DNA of 64,000 bases from an uncultured Eubacteriales bacterium (GCA_959604355.1 CAUHAO010000002.1:27885-91884); one strand, 5' to 3'; positions 9,495 to 20,020 are shown, counted from the first letter of the stretch. Notes: generated by a model from the letters alone, not told the origin. Numbers and translations are program-made.

Positions 9495-10565
9495 TTATTT
9501 GATTTCAGCGAAGTATTTGATGGTTCTGACCATCTGAGAGGTGTAGCTGTTTTCGTTGTCGTACCAGGAAACGACCTGTACCTGATAGGTGTCTTCGTCG
9601 AGCTTGGAGACCATGGTCTGGGTAGCATCGAACAGAGAACCGTATCTCATACCGATAACGTCGGAGGAAACGATGGGATCGGTGTTGTAACCGAAGGATT
9701 CGGAAGCAGCAGCTTTCATAGCCGCGTTGATACCTTCTTTGGTAACATCCTTACCCTTGACAACTGCGACGAGGATTGTGGTGGAACCGGTAGCAACGGG
9801 AACTCTCTGAGCGGAGCCGATGAGCTTGCCGTTGAGTTCGGGGATAACCAGACCGATAGCTTTAGCAGCACCGGTGGAGTTGGGAACGATATTTGCAGCG
9901 CCTGCGCGTGCACGTCTCAGGTCGCCCTTTCTGTGAGGACCGTCGAGGATCATCTGGTCGCCGGTGTAAGCGTGGATGGTGCTCATGATACCGGACTGGA
10001 TGGGAGCGTAGTCGTTAAGAGCCTTAGCCATGGGCGCGAGGCAGTTGGTGGTGCAGGAAGCAGCGGAGATGATCTGGTCGTCAGCGGTAAGAGTGTTTTC
10101 GTTAACGCTGTAAACGATGGTCTTCAGATCGTTGCCTGCGGGAGCGGAAATAACGACTTTCTTTGCACCTGCCTGGATGTGAGCCATGGATTTTTCTTTG
10201 GAGCAGTAGAAGCCTGTGCACTCGAGAACGACATCGACGTCGAGTTTGCCCCAAGGAAGATCCTGAGCCTTGGGCATAGCATATATGGTGATTTCTTTGC
10301 CGTCAACGGTGATGGAACCGGGAACAGTCACGGTCTTGCCGTCTTCAGCGAAAACAGGCTCTTTGGAAGAGACGGTGTGAAGGTTTTCACCGATTTTGCC
10401 GCAGTAGCCGCCCTGAGCGGTGTCATACTTGAGCAGATGAGCGAGCATTGCGGGGCTGGTGAGGTCGTTGATAGCGACAATTTCATAACCGGGAGCGTTG
10501 AACATCTGTCTGAAAGCCAGACGTCCGATACGGCCGAAACCGTTGATTGCAACTTTGATGGACAT
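9495..10565 (-). CDS. gap: type I glyceraldehyde-3-phosphate dehydrogenase
   Basis: '[12 protein letters not shown]', active site 'SCTTNCLAP'. ATG 10565 is preceded by AGGAGG. The tracked 397-aa ORF is an unsupported 5' extension. Confidence 0.95.
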   Translation of the reverse strand: MSIKVAINGFGRIGRLAFRQMFNAPGYEIVAINDLTSPAMLAHLLKYDTAQGGYCGKIGENLHTVSSKEPVFAEDGKTVTVPGSITVDGKEITIYAMPKAQDLPWGKLDVDVVLECTGFYCSKEKSMAHIQAGAKKVVISAPAGNDLKTIVYSVNENTLTADDQIISAASCTTNCLAPMAKALNDYAPIQSGIMSTIHAYTGDQMILDGPHRKGDLRRARAGAANIVPNSTGAAKAIGLVIPELNGKLIGSAQRVPVATGSTTILVAVVKGKDVTKEGINAAMKAAASESFGYNTDPIVSSDVIGMRYGSLFDATQTMVSKLDEDTYQVQVVSWYDNENSYTSQMVRTIKYFAEIK

Positions 10566-10707
10566 TTGTGATATCCTCCTTAAAATTATATAAAAAACTT
10601 TATACTTGATTATTGTAATCCAGAATTGTGTCATAACATGGAAATTTAGACGAATATTACGGAATTTAACTGTTAATTTTTTTAACACAGGATAGGGAGA
10701 AATAATA

Positions 10708-11721
10708 ATGAATACATATCAGAACGTCAGGAATACACTTGAGCCAATCTACGGAAACGCACGTTTTCCCGTGATTTTTGTGTCAAAAGATATTAAAGTT
10801 GTTTACGCAAATCAATTTGCATATGAACAATATCCTGAATTCTGCTACGGGAAAGGTCCGCGTCGGTTTATCTCGGCGCAGTCGTCGGCGGTGGTGACAT
10901 CGGCGCTGGAGCGAGGCAAACCCATCAAGGTCTTGGGGGAGGGAGTTAAAGGCTTCATATCGTTTTCGTTCATCCCGTGCGGCGGCATTCTTGACGGAAA
11001 ATGCGCGATAATGCACCTTGAAGAGAACAAGGAAATGCTCAAGTCGATGAGCGCGGAGATAGCGTCGCTCGAAATGGGCGAGCGCTCGGCGGAAACGATG
11101 GCTTATCCGGTAAAAAAGATGCGTTTTCTGCTGGATAAGCTTGAAAACTCCGAAACGATAATGTCAGATAAGACCGCAGCGATGGCGGTGCCGCTGCTCG
11201 AAGACTGTTTGCAGGAATTCACGGCGTATGTGCGCGACTACCGTTACGCTCTGAAAATGGTCAACCGCACGTCAGACGCGGGAATGACGGTATTTGCGCT
11301 CGGCGCGTATATGAATATGTTCTGCAAGACGCATGAGGGAGTGAAGTATCTCGGCTCGTGTGATCCGAAAAAACTGATTATCTGCCGCCGTGCCGACCTT
11401 GCGGACATGCTTGACATGGTGCTGATGTATATCGCGAAAGCAGCACCGTCAAAGAGTCTTACGGCAGACGTAAAAGGGGATGGTGACAGGTTCACTTTCA
11501 TCGTACGCGGCAGAAAATGCGGCGGAAAAGCGGTTGAGTTCGACAGCGACGGGCTTGTTGCGGAAAAACTTGAACGCGCAAGGAAAATCGCGGAAAAATA
11601 CGAAGGGTCCGTGGCTGTGGAAAATAAAAAAACGGTGCTGACAGTCACCGTTAAAATGAAGTCAGCACTCGTTCAGGAGGCGGGTAATTATCTGCACGTC
11701 GATCCCGAGGAACTTATTTAA
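10708..11721 (+). CDS. hypothetical protein with PAS-like N-terminus and degenerate histidine-kinase-like C-terminus
   Basis: 337 aa. The C-terminal '[15 protein letters not shown]...DRFTFIVRG...[22 protein letters not shown]' resembles an HATPase_c fold. I could not find a phospho-acceptor H-box or G1/G2 boxes. Confidence 0.35.
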   Translation: MNTYQNVRNTLEPIYGNARFPVIFVSKDIKVVYANQFAYEQYPEFCYGKGPRRFISAQSSAVVTSALERGKPIKVLGEGVKGFISFSFIPCGGILDGKCAIMHLEENKEMLKSMSAEIASLEMGERSAETMAYPVKKMRFLLDKLENSETIMSDKTAAMAVPLLEDCLQEFTAYVRDYRYALKMVNRTSDAGMTVFALGAYMNMFCKTHEGVKYLGSCDPKKLIICRRADLADMLDMVLMYIAKAAPSKSLTADVKGDGDRFTFIVRGRKCGGKAVEFDSDGLVAEKLERARKIAEKYEGSVAVENKKTVLTVTVKMKSALVQEAGNYLHVDPEELI

Positions 11722-12232
11722 GTTTCGTTGAGAAGAGCGAGAGGAATTTCTTTATGGGCTGCAGCCGCTTGTATCCGATAATGTAGCCCACTCCCGCGCA
11801 AACGGCGCAAACGATATAAAGGCCGCAGACGGCGAGTGTCGCGGCGGTCATGGAAACGTCTATCATCGCGTTGTAGAGGTTGAGCGCGGGGAGCGCAAAA
11901 ATCAGGCGAACGAGAGACATCGTGCCTTGCAGCGACGATTCCGGATTAAGGAAAAAAAGTGTTGCGAGCATTATCACGCACATCGGCACAGTGACTATCC
12001 CTCCGCAGAGAAAGCCTTTGTGCGGCATCGGAGCCATACGTCCGTTGCCTACGGCGTTCGCGTCTTTATCGCCCGCGTACCACATGGTGTAGGCGAAGAA
12101 ATATATCAGCGCAAAGCCGTAAAGAATTGCGAGTATAACGGGAATATTGAGGATTATCGTCGTTATCGAAAGAATAGCGACGCAGAGCATTCGTATCAGC
12201 AGATATCCGACATTTTTGCCGACGGTGTTCAT
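11714..12232 (-). CDS. hypothetical polytopic membrane protein
   Basis: 172 aa with about 5 hydrophobic segments. Its 3' end overlaps the convergent gene by 8 nt. Confidence 0.4.
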   Translation of the reverse strand: MNTVGKNVGYLLIRMLCVAILSITTIILNIPVILAILYGFALIYFFAYTMWYAGDKDANAVGNGRMAPMPHKGFLCGGIVTVPMCVIMLATLFFLNPESSLQGTMSLVRLIFALPALNLYNAMIDVSMTAATLAVCGLYIVCAVCAGVGYIIGYKRLQPIKKFLSLFSTKLK

Positions 12233-12378
12233 TTTCAGACCTCCGTAAAAGCGTCTTTTTTCAGATTATACCGCATTTTTTCTGCGTTGTCAAGCCGAAA
12301 GTGCAGAGAATACGTCTTTCTCTTAAAAATTTTGCTTTTACGCACAGTGTTTTTTCCTAAAAAAGTCAATAATGAGTA

Positions 12379-12407
12379 TTGAAAAAGAAGTTTGAATATG
12401 CTATACT
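12379..12407 (+). promoter_or_regulatory. sigma-A-type promoter candidate
   Basis: TTGAAA-17 nt-TATACT, about 40 nt upstream of the oxidoreductase ATG. Confidence 0.4.
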
Positions 12408-12445
12408 ATATTAAATAAATATTTTCTTACAGGAGTATTTTTATC

Positions 12446-13519
12446 ATGAAAAAATTGAGAATAGGTTCCGTCGGCATCGGCGGTATGGGTCATTTTCATC
12501 AGGAAAACTGGTCCGAGATGGAAAATGTCGAAGTTGTCGCTGTTTGCGATATCATCGAAGAACGTGCTCAGAAGGTGAAGGAAGAGTTCTTTCCCAACGC
12601 GACCGTCTACACGGATTACAAGAAAATGATTGACAATGAGCAGCTCGATGCGGTGGATATTTCCACTCCGAACTATCTGCATTCTCCCATCGCCGTTTAC
12701 GCTCTCGAACACGGCATGCACGTATTCTGCGAAAAGCCCGATGCCGTAAGCGTTGAGGAAGCTGAAAAGATGCGTGATGCAGCTGAAAAAGCAGGCAAAG
12801 TTCTCATGATCATGCGCAACAACAGATATTTCGCAAACTCCAGATATCTTAAGAAATATATCGACGAGGGCAACTGCGGCGAGTTTTATGCAGGCAGATG
12901 CTGCTGGATACGCCGCAGAGGTATCCCCGGTAAGGGCGGCTGGTTCACTACGAAGGCTCAGTCAGGCGGCGGCCCGCTCATCGACCTCGGCGTTCATATG
13001 ATTGACCTTTCCATGTGGCTCATGGGTAATCCCACCCCCGTTTCCGTTACGGGCTGCACATACACCAAATTCGATAAAGACACCGCCAAAGCGGACAGCG
13101 AACACGCTAAATTCGGCGATTCCGTCCAGGGCGGAACCTTCGACGTTGAAGACCTTGCAATGGGCTTTATCAAATTCGATAACGGCGCGTGCCTGCAGAT
13201 AGAATTCAGCTGGGCATCCAACATCGAGAAAGAGACCCGTTATATCGAGCTTCGCGGTACAAAAGCAGGCTTCCATTGGAACGGCGACGGCACCTGCAAC
13301 ATCTACACCCAGCAGTCGGGCGTTGACGGCGATGAACTTGCCGACATCCTCTACAAGACCCCTATGGGCAACGGCCACGGCAGAAACCAGGAGCACTTCG
13401 TTGACGTCGTTCTCAACGGCGCAAAACCCGATTTCGTTCCCCAGCAGGGTATCAATATGATAAAGATACTTAAGGCTATTTACAAGTCCGCCGAGACAGG
13501 CAAGGAAGTTCTTCTGTAA
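12446..13519 (+). CDS. Gfo/Idh/MocA family NAD(P)-dependent oxidoreductase
   Basis: Rossmann N-terminus 'LRIGSVGIGGMGHFH', 'EKP' motif 'VFCEKPDA'; 357 aa. Confidence 0.8.
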   Translation: MKKLRIGSVGIGGMGHFHQENWSEMENVEVVAVCDIIEERAQKVKEEFFPNATVYTDYKKMIDNEQLDAVDISTPNYLHSPIAVYALEHGMHVFCEKPDAVSVEEAEKMRDAAEKAGKVLMIMRNNRYFANSRYLKKYIDEGNCGEFYAGRCCWIRRRGIPGKGGWFTTKAQSGGGPLIDLGVHMIDLSMWLMGNPTPVSVTGCTYTKFDKDTAKADSEHAKFGDSVQGGTFDVEDLAMGFIKFDNGACLQIEFSWASNIEKETRYIELRGTKAGFHWNGDGTCNIYTQQSGVDGDELADILYKTPMGNGHGRNQEHFVDVVLNGAKPDFVPQQGINMIKILKAIYKSAETGKEVLL

Positions 13520-13546
13520 GGATCTGCAAAGGATATTACGCTAACA

Positions 13547-15487
13547 ATGGACAATAAGAAATTTTACATTTCCACGCCTATATATTACGCGTCGGGCAAA
13601 CTCCACATAGGTCACACCTATACCACGGTCGCCGCGGACGCGATGAGCCGTTATAAACGTATGCGAGGCTATGACGTTTTCTTTCTGACAGGCTCCGACG
13701 AGCACGGGCAGAAGGTTGAACGCAAAGCGGCGGATGCGGGCAAGACTCCTCAGCAGTTCGTTGACGATATCGTCGCGGACATCAAGGATCTGTGGAAGAT
13801 CCTTGACGTGTCTTACAGCAAGTTTATAAGAACGACGGATGACTATCATGTTTCCGCGGTTCAGAAGATATTCAAGCGTCTGTATGACCAGGGAGACATC
13901 TATAAAGGTGAATATGAGGGGCTTTATTGCTCTCCGTGCGAGGCGTTCTGGACGGAGCATCAGCTCGTAAACGGCAAATGCCCCGACTGCGGCAGAACTG
14001 TCGAGAAAACGAAGGAAGAGTGCTACTATCTGAGACTTTCCGCGTATCAGGACAGACTCATAAAGCTGCTTGAAGAAAACCCGCACCTGCTCCAGCCAGA
14101 GACACGCGTCAACGAAATGATAAACAACTTTCTCAAACCCGGTCTTGAAGACCTCTGCGTCTCAAGAACGTCGGTAAAGTGGGGCATACCCGTTTCGTTC
14201 GACGAAAAACACACCGTTTACGTCTGGATCGACGCACTTTCCAACTACATCACCGCGCTCGGCTATCTTTCCGATGACGACTCTCTGTTCAAGAAGTATT
14301 GGCCGTGCGACGTGCATCTGGTGGGCAAGGAAATCGTTCGTTTCCATACTATAATATGGTTCTCGCTGCTCATGATGCTTGATCTGCCCCTCCCGAAACA
14401 GGTCTACGGTCACGGATGGCTTAAGATCGACGGCGATAAGCTCTCCAAGAGCAAAGGCAGCGGCGCGCTCAATATCGTTGATCCCGTGCTGCTTTCCGAG
14501 AGATATTCTTCCGACGCGGTTCGCTATTTCCTGTTGCGCGAGATGCCTTTCGGCGCGGACGGAAATTACAGCTTTGAAGGCTTCCTGACACGCGTCAACG
14601 CGGACCTTGCAAATGACCTCGGAAACCTCGTTTCCAGAACGACTGCGATGGTCGAGAAGTATTTCGGGGGCACTCTGCCCGCGGAACGTGAAACGGCTCC
14701 CGAGGATGAAGATCTCGTCACTATGGCGTCCACGATGGCGGATACGGTCGCGCCCATAATGGACAGCATGACATTCTCCGTCGCGCTTGCCGAAGTATTC
14801 AAGCTTGTCGGCAAAGCCAACAAATATATTGACGAAACAGCACCGTGGGTGCTTGCAAAAGACGAAACAAAGCGCGCACGCCTTGCGACAGTTTTGTATA
14901 ACCTCTGCGAATGCATTCGCATCTCGTCCGCTCTGCTTTATCCCGTAATGCCGCGTACGTCCGAGAAAATATACGCTATGCTCGGCGTTGACGCGCAGAC
15001 ATGGGACGACGCGTCCGTGTTCGGCAAACTGCCCGCAACACTCAGTGTCAGAAAGGGCGAAAACCTCTTCCCGAGGATCGACATCGCGAAAGAGATCGAG
15101 CTCCTCACTCCGAAACAGGAGCACAAGCCGGAAGAGCCTGAAGTTCCTGCGGAGCCCGAGCTTCCCGAAATAGCGATAGATGACTTTATGAAAGCCGACC
15201 TGCGTGTGGCAAAGATAATCGAATGCGAAAAGGTAGAGAAGAGCGACAAACTGCTCAAGCTTAAAGTAGATATCGGCACGGAAGTGCGGCAGATTGTATC
15301 GGGTATTGCAAAATGCTACACACCCGACGACCTTGTGGGAAGGAAAGTCGTTATAATCAAGAATCTCAAGCCCGCGAAAATACGCGGTGTCGAAAGCAAA
15401 GGAATGCTCCTTGCGTCGTCACACGGCGATGAAATAAGCGTTCTCTTTGCGTCCGATAACGCCAATGTCGGCGATAAGGTACGCTGA
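13547..15487 (+). CDS. metG: methionine--tRNA ligase with C-terminal tRNA-binding (EMAP/Trbp111-like) domain
   Basis: 'GKLHIGH' (HIGH), 'KLSKSKG' (KMSKS), zinc knuckle 'CSPCE..CPDCG'. C-terminal 'DLRVAKIIECEKVEKSDKLLKLKVDIG'. Confidence 0.95.
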   Translation: MDNKKFYISTPIYYASGKLHIGHTYTTVAADAMSRYKRMRGYDVFFLTGSDEHGQKVERKAADAGKTPQQFVDDIVADIKDLWKILDVSYSKFIRTTDDYHVSAVQKIFKRLYDQGDIYKGEYEGLYCSPCEAFWTEHQLVNGKCPDCGRTVEKTKEECYYLRLSAYQDRLIKLLEENPHLLQPETRVNEMINNFLKPGLEDLCVSRTSVKWGIPVSFDEKHTVYVWIDALSNYITALGYLSDDDSLFKKYWPCDVHLVGKEIVRFHTIIWFSLLMMLDLPLPKQVYGHGWLKIDGDKLSKSKGSGALNIVDPVLLSERYSSDAVRYFLLREMPFGADGNYSFEGFLTRVNADLANDLGNLVSRTTAMVEKYFGGTLPAERETAPEDEDLVTMASTMADTVAPIMDSMTFSVALAEVFKLVGKANKYIDETAPWVLAKDETKRARLATVLYNLCECIRISSALLYPVMPRTSEKIYAMLGVDAQTWDDASVFGKLPATLSVRKGENLFPRIDIAKEIELLTPKQEHKPEEPEVPAEPELPEIAIDDFMKADLRVAKIIECEKVEKSDKLLKLKVDIGTEVRQIVSGIAKCYTPDDLVGRKVVIIKNLKPAKIRGVESKGMLLASSHGDEISVLFASDNANVGDKVR

Positions 15488-15498
15488 AAAATGACATA

Positions 15499-15541
15499 AA
15501 GCACCGTCAGGAAGGATCTTCCGACGGTGCTTGTTTTTTTG
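15499..15541 (+). terminator. intrinsic terminator after metG
   Basis: AAGCACCGTC ... GACGGTGCTT stem followed by a T run. Confidence 0.75.
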
Positions 15542-15598
15542 TCGTATTTTTCCCTCTTTGCGCATATATTTCATACGGACGGAAGGGGGGCGGCAAAG

Positions 15599-16717
15599 AT
15601 GAAGCGGTATTTGTTCGGCATACTTGCCGTGCTTGGGTTTGTCGGCCTGCTTGCGGCACCGACTGTTGCGGCTCAGGCGGGAAAAAACGCGCTTATGATG
15701 TGTCTTGAGTCGCTCATCCCGACGCTTTTCCCGTTTTTTGTGTTCTCGTCGCTTTTCGTCTCTCTCGGCTTCGCGGAAATCACGGGCAGGGGTTTCGGCC
15801 GGATAATGAAGCCGCTTTTCAATATCGGCGGCGCGGCGGCCACGGCGTTTCTGCTCGGGCTCGTTTCTGGCTTTCCCGTAGGGGCAAGAACCGCGATATC
15901 GCTGTATAACGAACACCTTTGCAGCAAGGAAGAAGCGGAGCGAACGCTTGCTTTCTGCAATAACGCGGGCCCTGCGTTTGTTCTCGGCACTGTCGGCGTC
16001 GGAATATGGTCCTCCACGCGCGTCGGTTGGCTGCTTTGGGTGGCACAGGTCATCGCGTCTGTCATTACAGGCGTGGTTTTCGGCAGGCTCTGGAAAAGCG
16101 ACGGCGGTAAAAGCTGTGTTAATGCCGAAAAAAAACCTCATGCCGTACGTCTGCTTCCCGCGCTCGTTGACGCGGTACGTTCGTCCGCGGTGAGCGTGCT
16201 GTATATAACAGCGTTCATAGTATTTTTCGCAATCGTTATAGCAATGCTCTCATTTTTCGGTGTGATCCCGACAGTCGCGGGCGTTCTTGCGAAGATTCCC
16301 GTGTCGCTCTCGCAGTCGGATTGGGAACATTTACTTTCGGGTATAGTCGAGTTCACATCGGGAATAAAAATGATAGGTGCCGCGGAGCCGTTTCAGCGCA
16401 GCCTTACTCTCACCGCGGCCATACTCGGCTGGGCAGGGCTTTCGGTGCACTGCCAGGTGCTGTCGTTTGTATGTGACAGCGGGCTGAGCGCAAAGCCGTA
16501 TATTCTCGGCAAAGTCATGCAGACAGCGCTGTCATCATGTATTACCTATATCATGTCGTTTTTCTTTGATGCGGACACATCTGCTTTCGCGTCGTTTACT
16601 TTTTGCCGCAGCAGTATAGAATACTTCTTTTTGCTCTTTGCGATATCGTGCGCGGCGGCAGTTTTTTTCGGCGCGACCATATTATTATCGTCCGAATATA
16701 TTATAAAACGGAAATGA
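15599..16717 (+). CDS. ylbJ: sporulation integral membrane protein YlbJ (nucleoside-recognition/Gate domain)
   Basis: 'LIPTLFPFFVFSSL', 'MKPLFNIGGAAATAFLLGLVSGFPVGA', 'LAFCNNAGPAFVLG'. ATG 15599 has a G-rich RBS and lies downstream of the metG terminator. Confidence 0.75.
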   Translation: MKRYLFGILAVLGFVGLLAAPTVAAQAGKNALMMCLESLIPTLFPFFVFSSLFVSLGFAEITGRGFGRIMKPLFNIGGAAATAFLLGLVSGFPVGARTAISLYNEHLCSKEEAERTLAFCNNAGPAFVLGTVGVGIWSSTRVGWLLWVAQVIASVITGVVFGRLWKSDGGKSCVNAEKKPHAVRLLPALVDAVRSSAVSVLYITAFIVFFAIVIAMLSFFGVIPTVAGVLAKIPVSLSQSDWEHLLSGIVEFTSGIKMIGAAEPFQRSLTLTAAILGWAGLSVHCQVLSFVCDSGLSAKPYILGKVMQTALSSCITYIMSFFFDADTSAFASFTFCRSSIEYFFLLFAISCAAAVFFGATILLSSEYIIKRK

Positions 16718-16729
16718 ATGTAAACTCTA

Positions 16730-16758
16730 TTGACTTTTTGGCTTTGATAAGGTATAAT
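16730..16758 (+). promoter_or_regulatory. sigma-A-type promoter candidate upstream of pyrB
   Basis: TTGACT-17 nt-TATAAT, 27 nt upstream of the ATG. Confidence 0.5.
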
Positions 16759-16784
16759 ATATTGAATAAAAGTCGGAGGGGAAT

Positions 16785-17870
16785 ATGGCATTGAAAAATC
16801 TCGTGGACTTCAACGATCTTGAGGTCTCTGAATGGAACGCGATAGACGCGCGCGCAAACGATATTCTTGCGCACCCTGCGGACTACGCGGACGCGTGCCG
16901 CGGAAAAATTCTTGCTACACTTTTTTACGAACCCAGCACCCGCACGATGCTTTCATTCCAGGCGGCGATGACACGTCTCGGAGGCTCATATATAGGCTTT
17001 GACAATCCCGGAAACTCGTCTGTTTCAAAGGGAGAGAGTCTCAAAGACACAATAACTATCGTTTCCAATTACGCCGATATAATCGCCATGCGCAATCCAA
17101 AAGAGGGCGCGGCTCTTGCGGCGTCGCTCTATACTTCACGACCGCTGATCAACGCCGGCGACGGCGGACATTTCCATCCGACGCAGACAATGACGGATCT
17201 CTTCACGATAAGACGTGAAAAAAATACGCTTACGGGCTTGACAATAGGTATCTGCGGAGACCTCAAACACGGCAGAACGGTACATTCGCTTCTGCGTGCG
17301 CTGAATATGTTCGGCAAAAACACATACTACCTCATATCGACGCTTTCGCTCAGCCTTCCCAAATACACCCTCGACGAGCTCCGTAAAAACGGCAGCACCG
17401 TTTATGAGGTCACGTCCCTTGACGAATGCATGGACAAGCTTGATATTCTTTACATGACACGCATCCAGAAGGAGCGTTTTCAGTCCGAGGAGCTATACCT
17501 CAAGGAGAGCGGAAAATATATCCTCGATAATGAAAAGCTTTCTCTCGCGCGCAAGGATATGACGATACTTCATCCGCTGCCTCGTGTCGACGAGATATCC
17601 GAAGAGGTTGACTATGACCAACGCGCTATGTATTTTACTCAGGCGCGCAACGGAATGTATGTGCGCATGTCTCTGATAATGACGATGCTTGAAAATCATA
17701 CCGACACGTCGCTTGATATATTCAGATTCCGCGACGTTCAAAAAGAAACTATCTGCCCGAACCCCGTTTGTATAACCAAGACAGAGAAATATCTTCCCGC
17801 ACTCAAATATACAATAAATTCCACAAGACCCGGGCACGGCTGCTGCTATTGTGATTTCCGGGTCGACTGA
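16785..17870 (+). CDS. pyrB: aspartate carbamoyltransferase catalytic chain with a fused PyrI-type zinc domain
   Basis: 'EPSTRT', 'HPTQ', 'HPLPR' ATCase motifs. The extra C-terminal ~50 aa 'ICPNPVCITKTEK...GHGCCYCDF' matches the 4-Cys zinc domain of the regulatory chain. Confidence 0.8.
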   Translation: MALKNLVDFNDLEVSEWNAIDARANDILAHPADYADACRGKILATLFYEPSTRTMLSFQAAMTRLGGSYIGFDNPGNSSVSKGESLKDTITIVSNYADIIAMRNPKEGAALAASLYTSRPLINAGDGGHFHPTQTMTDLFTIRREKNTLTGLTIGICGDLKHGRTVHSLLRALNMFGKNTYYLISTLSLSLPKYTLDELRKNGSTVYEVTSLDECMDKLDILYMTRIQKERFQSEELYLKESGKYILDNEKLSLARKDMTILHPLPRVDEISEEVDYDQRAMYFTQARNGMYVRMSLIMTMLENHTDTSLDIFRFRDVQKETICPNPVCITKTEKYLPALKYTINSTRPGHGCCYCDFRVD

Positions 17871-17884
17871 AAAAAGGAAACTTT

Positions 17885-20020
17885 ATGACGAGAGACCTTT
17901 CGAGCGAAAAAAAATATCTTTCGGGCGTTATAAAAAAGATCGACGCTATGCGAGGCGAGCTTGAAACGAACGCCGCGGATCTGCGCGAGTCGATAATGCA
18001 GGAGCGCCGCCGTATATGGGACGACTTCAGCCACGGAAATCTCGACGCGGAACAGCTTGCAGACCTGACTCAGATAACCCAGACCGAACAAATAGATATG
18101 CTGCGTTTCGACGATTTTGTACACCGCATCGAGAAACTCGAAAAAATGCGCAATTCGCCGTATTTCGCAAAACTCACCTTTCTCGAAAAGGGAGAGAGAG
18201 AGGAGGAAAGCCTTTATATAGGCTATCTTTCGTTGCTCGACGGCTCGGACGTGCTCATCTGCGACTGGCGCGCCGATATCTGCTCTATGTACTATGATTC
18301 TCCGCTCGGACCGACAAAATATACGACTCAGTACGGAGATATTGACGTTGACCTGCGCCTGCGCCGACAATTCAAGATCGTAAACTCAAAACTCCAATAT
18401 ATGTTCGACAGTGATATCGCCATTGAGGACAGTATTTTACAGGAGGAACTCGGCAAGACCGCAGACCTCAAGCTCAAGACGATAATCACTACGATACAGA
18501 AAGAGCAGAATACCATCATCCGTGATATTTCGGGAGACCTGCTCGTCGTCCGCGGCGTCGCGGGAAGCGGCAAAACGTCTATCGCTCTTCACCGTCTTGC
18601 GTATCTGCTGTATAAATACAGAAAAAATCTTACCTCGGGCAATATCGTTATTTTCTCGCCCAACAAAGTCTTCAATTCGTATATTGCAGATGTCCTTCCG
18701 GAGCTCGGTGAAGATAAGGTCGTGCAGACTGATTTTTATTCGTTCTTCAAACAATACCTTTACGGAAAGAACTTTTCTGATATTTCCGAGCAATATGAAG
18801 CGATGCAGAACTCTCCCGTGCGGGCTCGGGAAGCAAAATTTAAAGGCAGCGAGCGCTTTGCGCTTGACCTCAAAGCGTTTTTTGAGGCTCACACGGGCCA
18901 TATATCTTTCAGAGATATAAAACTTGCGGAAATGACAGTTGTCACGGCTGAGGAACTCAGCCGCATGTATAACGAGGAGTACGCGACTTATTCCGCCGAA
19001 ATACGCAAAGGCAAGATAATTTCGCGCGTGACTGACCACATCGAGAATGACGACGGAATCAAAGCCCGTACCGTGGCCGCGTTTGAGCGCGACTTCAAAG
19101 CCCGCGCCCTCGCAACATCACTTGAATATACCGACAGCGAGCTCGATGACGAGAAAAAACAGTTCTGGATAGATACTGTCAGGCGTTTCACAAACGACCT
19201 CGATGCAGCGCTTTCCATTGACGTTTATTCGGTATATCTCGACGCTCTCGACGAGTACGCGCCTGCGGATATCGCTTGCAGAACGCGCGAAGCGGCGGCA
19301 GCGGGAAAGATGAATTTCGAAGATATGCTCTGCTGCTTCTGGATTCAGATTCTCGCGGGACAGGTTCCCGCACACCGTAAGATAATGCATGTCGTTGTCG
19401 ACGAGGCACAGGACTATCCTCCGATAATCTTCATGATACTTGCAAAACTTTGCTCTTACGCGAAATTTACTATTCTCGGCGATTCAAACCAGCGTCTTGC
19501 GCCGCAGGGCTGTGACCTCGGGAAAATAGCTTCATTCTTCAACGCTGAAAATCCGAAAGAGTTTGCGCTGCGTAAGAGCTACCGCTCAACCGAGCAGATA
19601 AATAAATTTCTTGAACGCTTCAAACTCACACACGACGAGGTAGAATATGTCTCTCGTCAGGGCGAGGAGCCGCAGATAATCGAGACGGACGATAAAGCAA
19701 AGGCTATCGAGGAGCAAATAAAGACATGGAATAAAGACGGTTTTATGACAAACGCCGTTATCTGCTCCACAGCAGCGCAGGCAAGGGAAGTGTTCGATTC
19801 GCTGCGCAACCGCGTGCCGAATCTCAAACTCACCGAGCCCGATTCGGATATGCACAGCGGCTGCAACGCCGTTATTCCGCTGTATCTGACAAAAGGTCTC
19901 GAATTTGACGGAGTAATAGTTTATTCCGCAGATATCGATACCACAGACGACAATGTTAAACAAGACCTGTATGTGGCATGCTCACGGGCGCTGCACAGGC
20001 TTACAATATTGAAGAAATAA
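17885..20020 (+). CDS. helD: HelD-type UvrD-like helicase (RNA polymerase recycling ATPase)
   Basis: 711 aa. N-terminal coiled-coil region, 'GVAGSGKTSIALHRLAYLLY' Walker A, 'VVDEAQDY', C-terminal 'GLEFDGVIV' and 'LYVACSRALHRL'. Confidence 0.7.
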   Translation: MTRDLSSEKKYLSGVIKKIDAMRGELETNAADLRESIMQERRRIWDDFSHGNLDAEQLADLTQITQTEQIDMLRFDDFVHRIEKLEKMRNSPYFAKLTFLEKGEREEESLYIGYLSLLDGSDVLICDWRADICSMYYDSPLGPTKYTTQYGDIDVDLRLRRQFKIVNSKLQYMFDSDIAIEDSILQEELGKTADLKLKTIITTIQKEQNTIIRDISGDLLVVRGVAGSGKTSIALHRLAYLLYKYRKNLTSGNIVIFSPNKVFNSYIADVLPELGEDKVVQTDFYSFFKQYLYGKNFSDISEQYEAMQNSPVRAREAKFKGSERFALDLKAFFEAHTGHISFRDIKLAEMTVVTAEELSRMYNEEYATYSAEIRKGKIISRVTDHIENDDGIKARTVAAFERDFKARALATSLEYTDSELDDEKKQFWIDTVRRFTNDLDAALSIDVYSVYLDALDEYAPADIACRTREAAAAGKMNFEDMLCCFWIQILAGQVPAHRKIMHVVVDEAQDYPPIIFMILAKLCSYAKFTILGDSNQRLAPQGCDLGKIASFFNAENPKEFALRKSYRSTEQINKFLERFKLTHDEVEYVSRQGEEPQIIETDDKAKAIEEQIKTWNKDGFMTNAVICSTAAQAREVFDSLRNRVPNLKLTEPDSDMHSGCNAVIPLYLTKGLEFDGVIVYSADIDTTDDNVKQDLYVACSRALHRLTILKK

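Noticed and set aside
10566-10688. 41-codon N-terminal extension of gap (the tracked 397-aa ORF).
   Set aside because: The canonical '[15 protein letters not shown]' start at 10565 has a perfect AGGAGG RBS. The extension runs through AT-rich promoter DNA.
13520-13546. T-box leader upstream of metG.
   Set aside because: The intergenic space is only 27 nt, which leaves no room for a T-box. metG appears to be read through from the oxidoreductase gene or from a promoter inside it.
14162-15124. 320-aa ORF antisense to metG.
   Set aside because: Shadow ORF of a highly conserved gene, with no recognisable domain.
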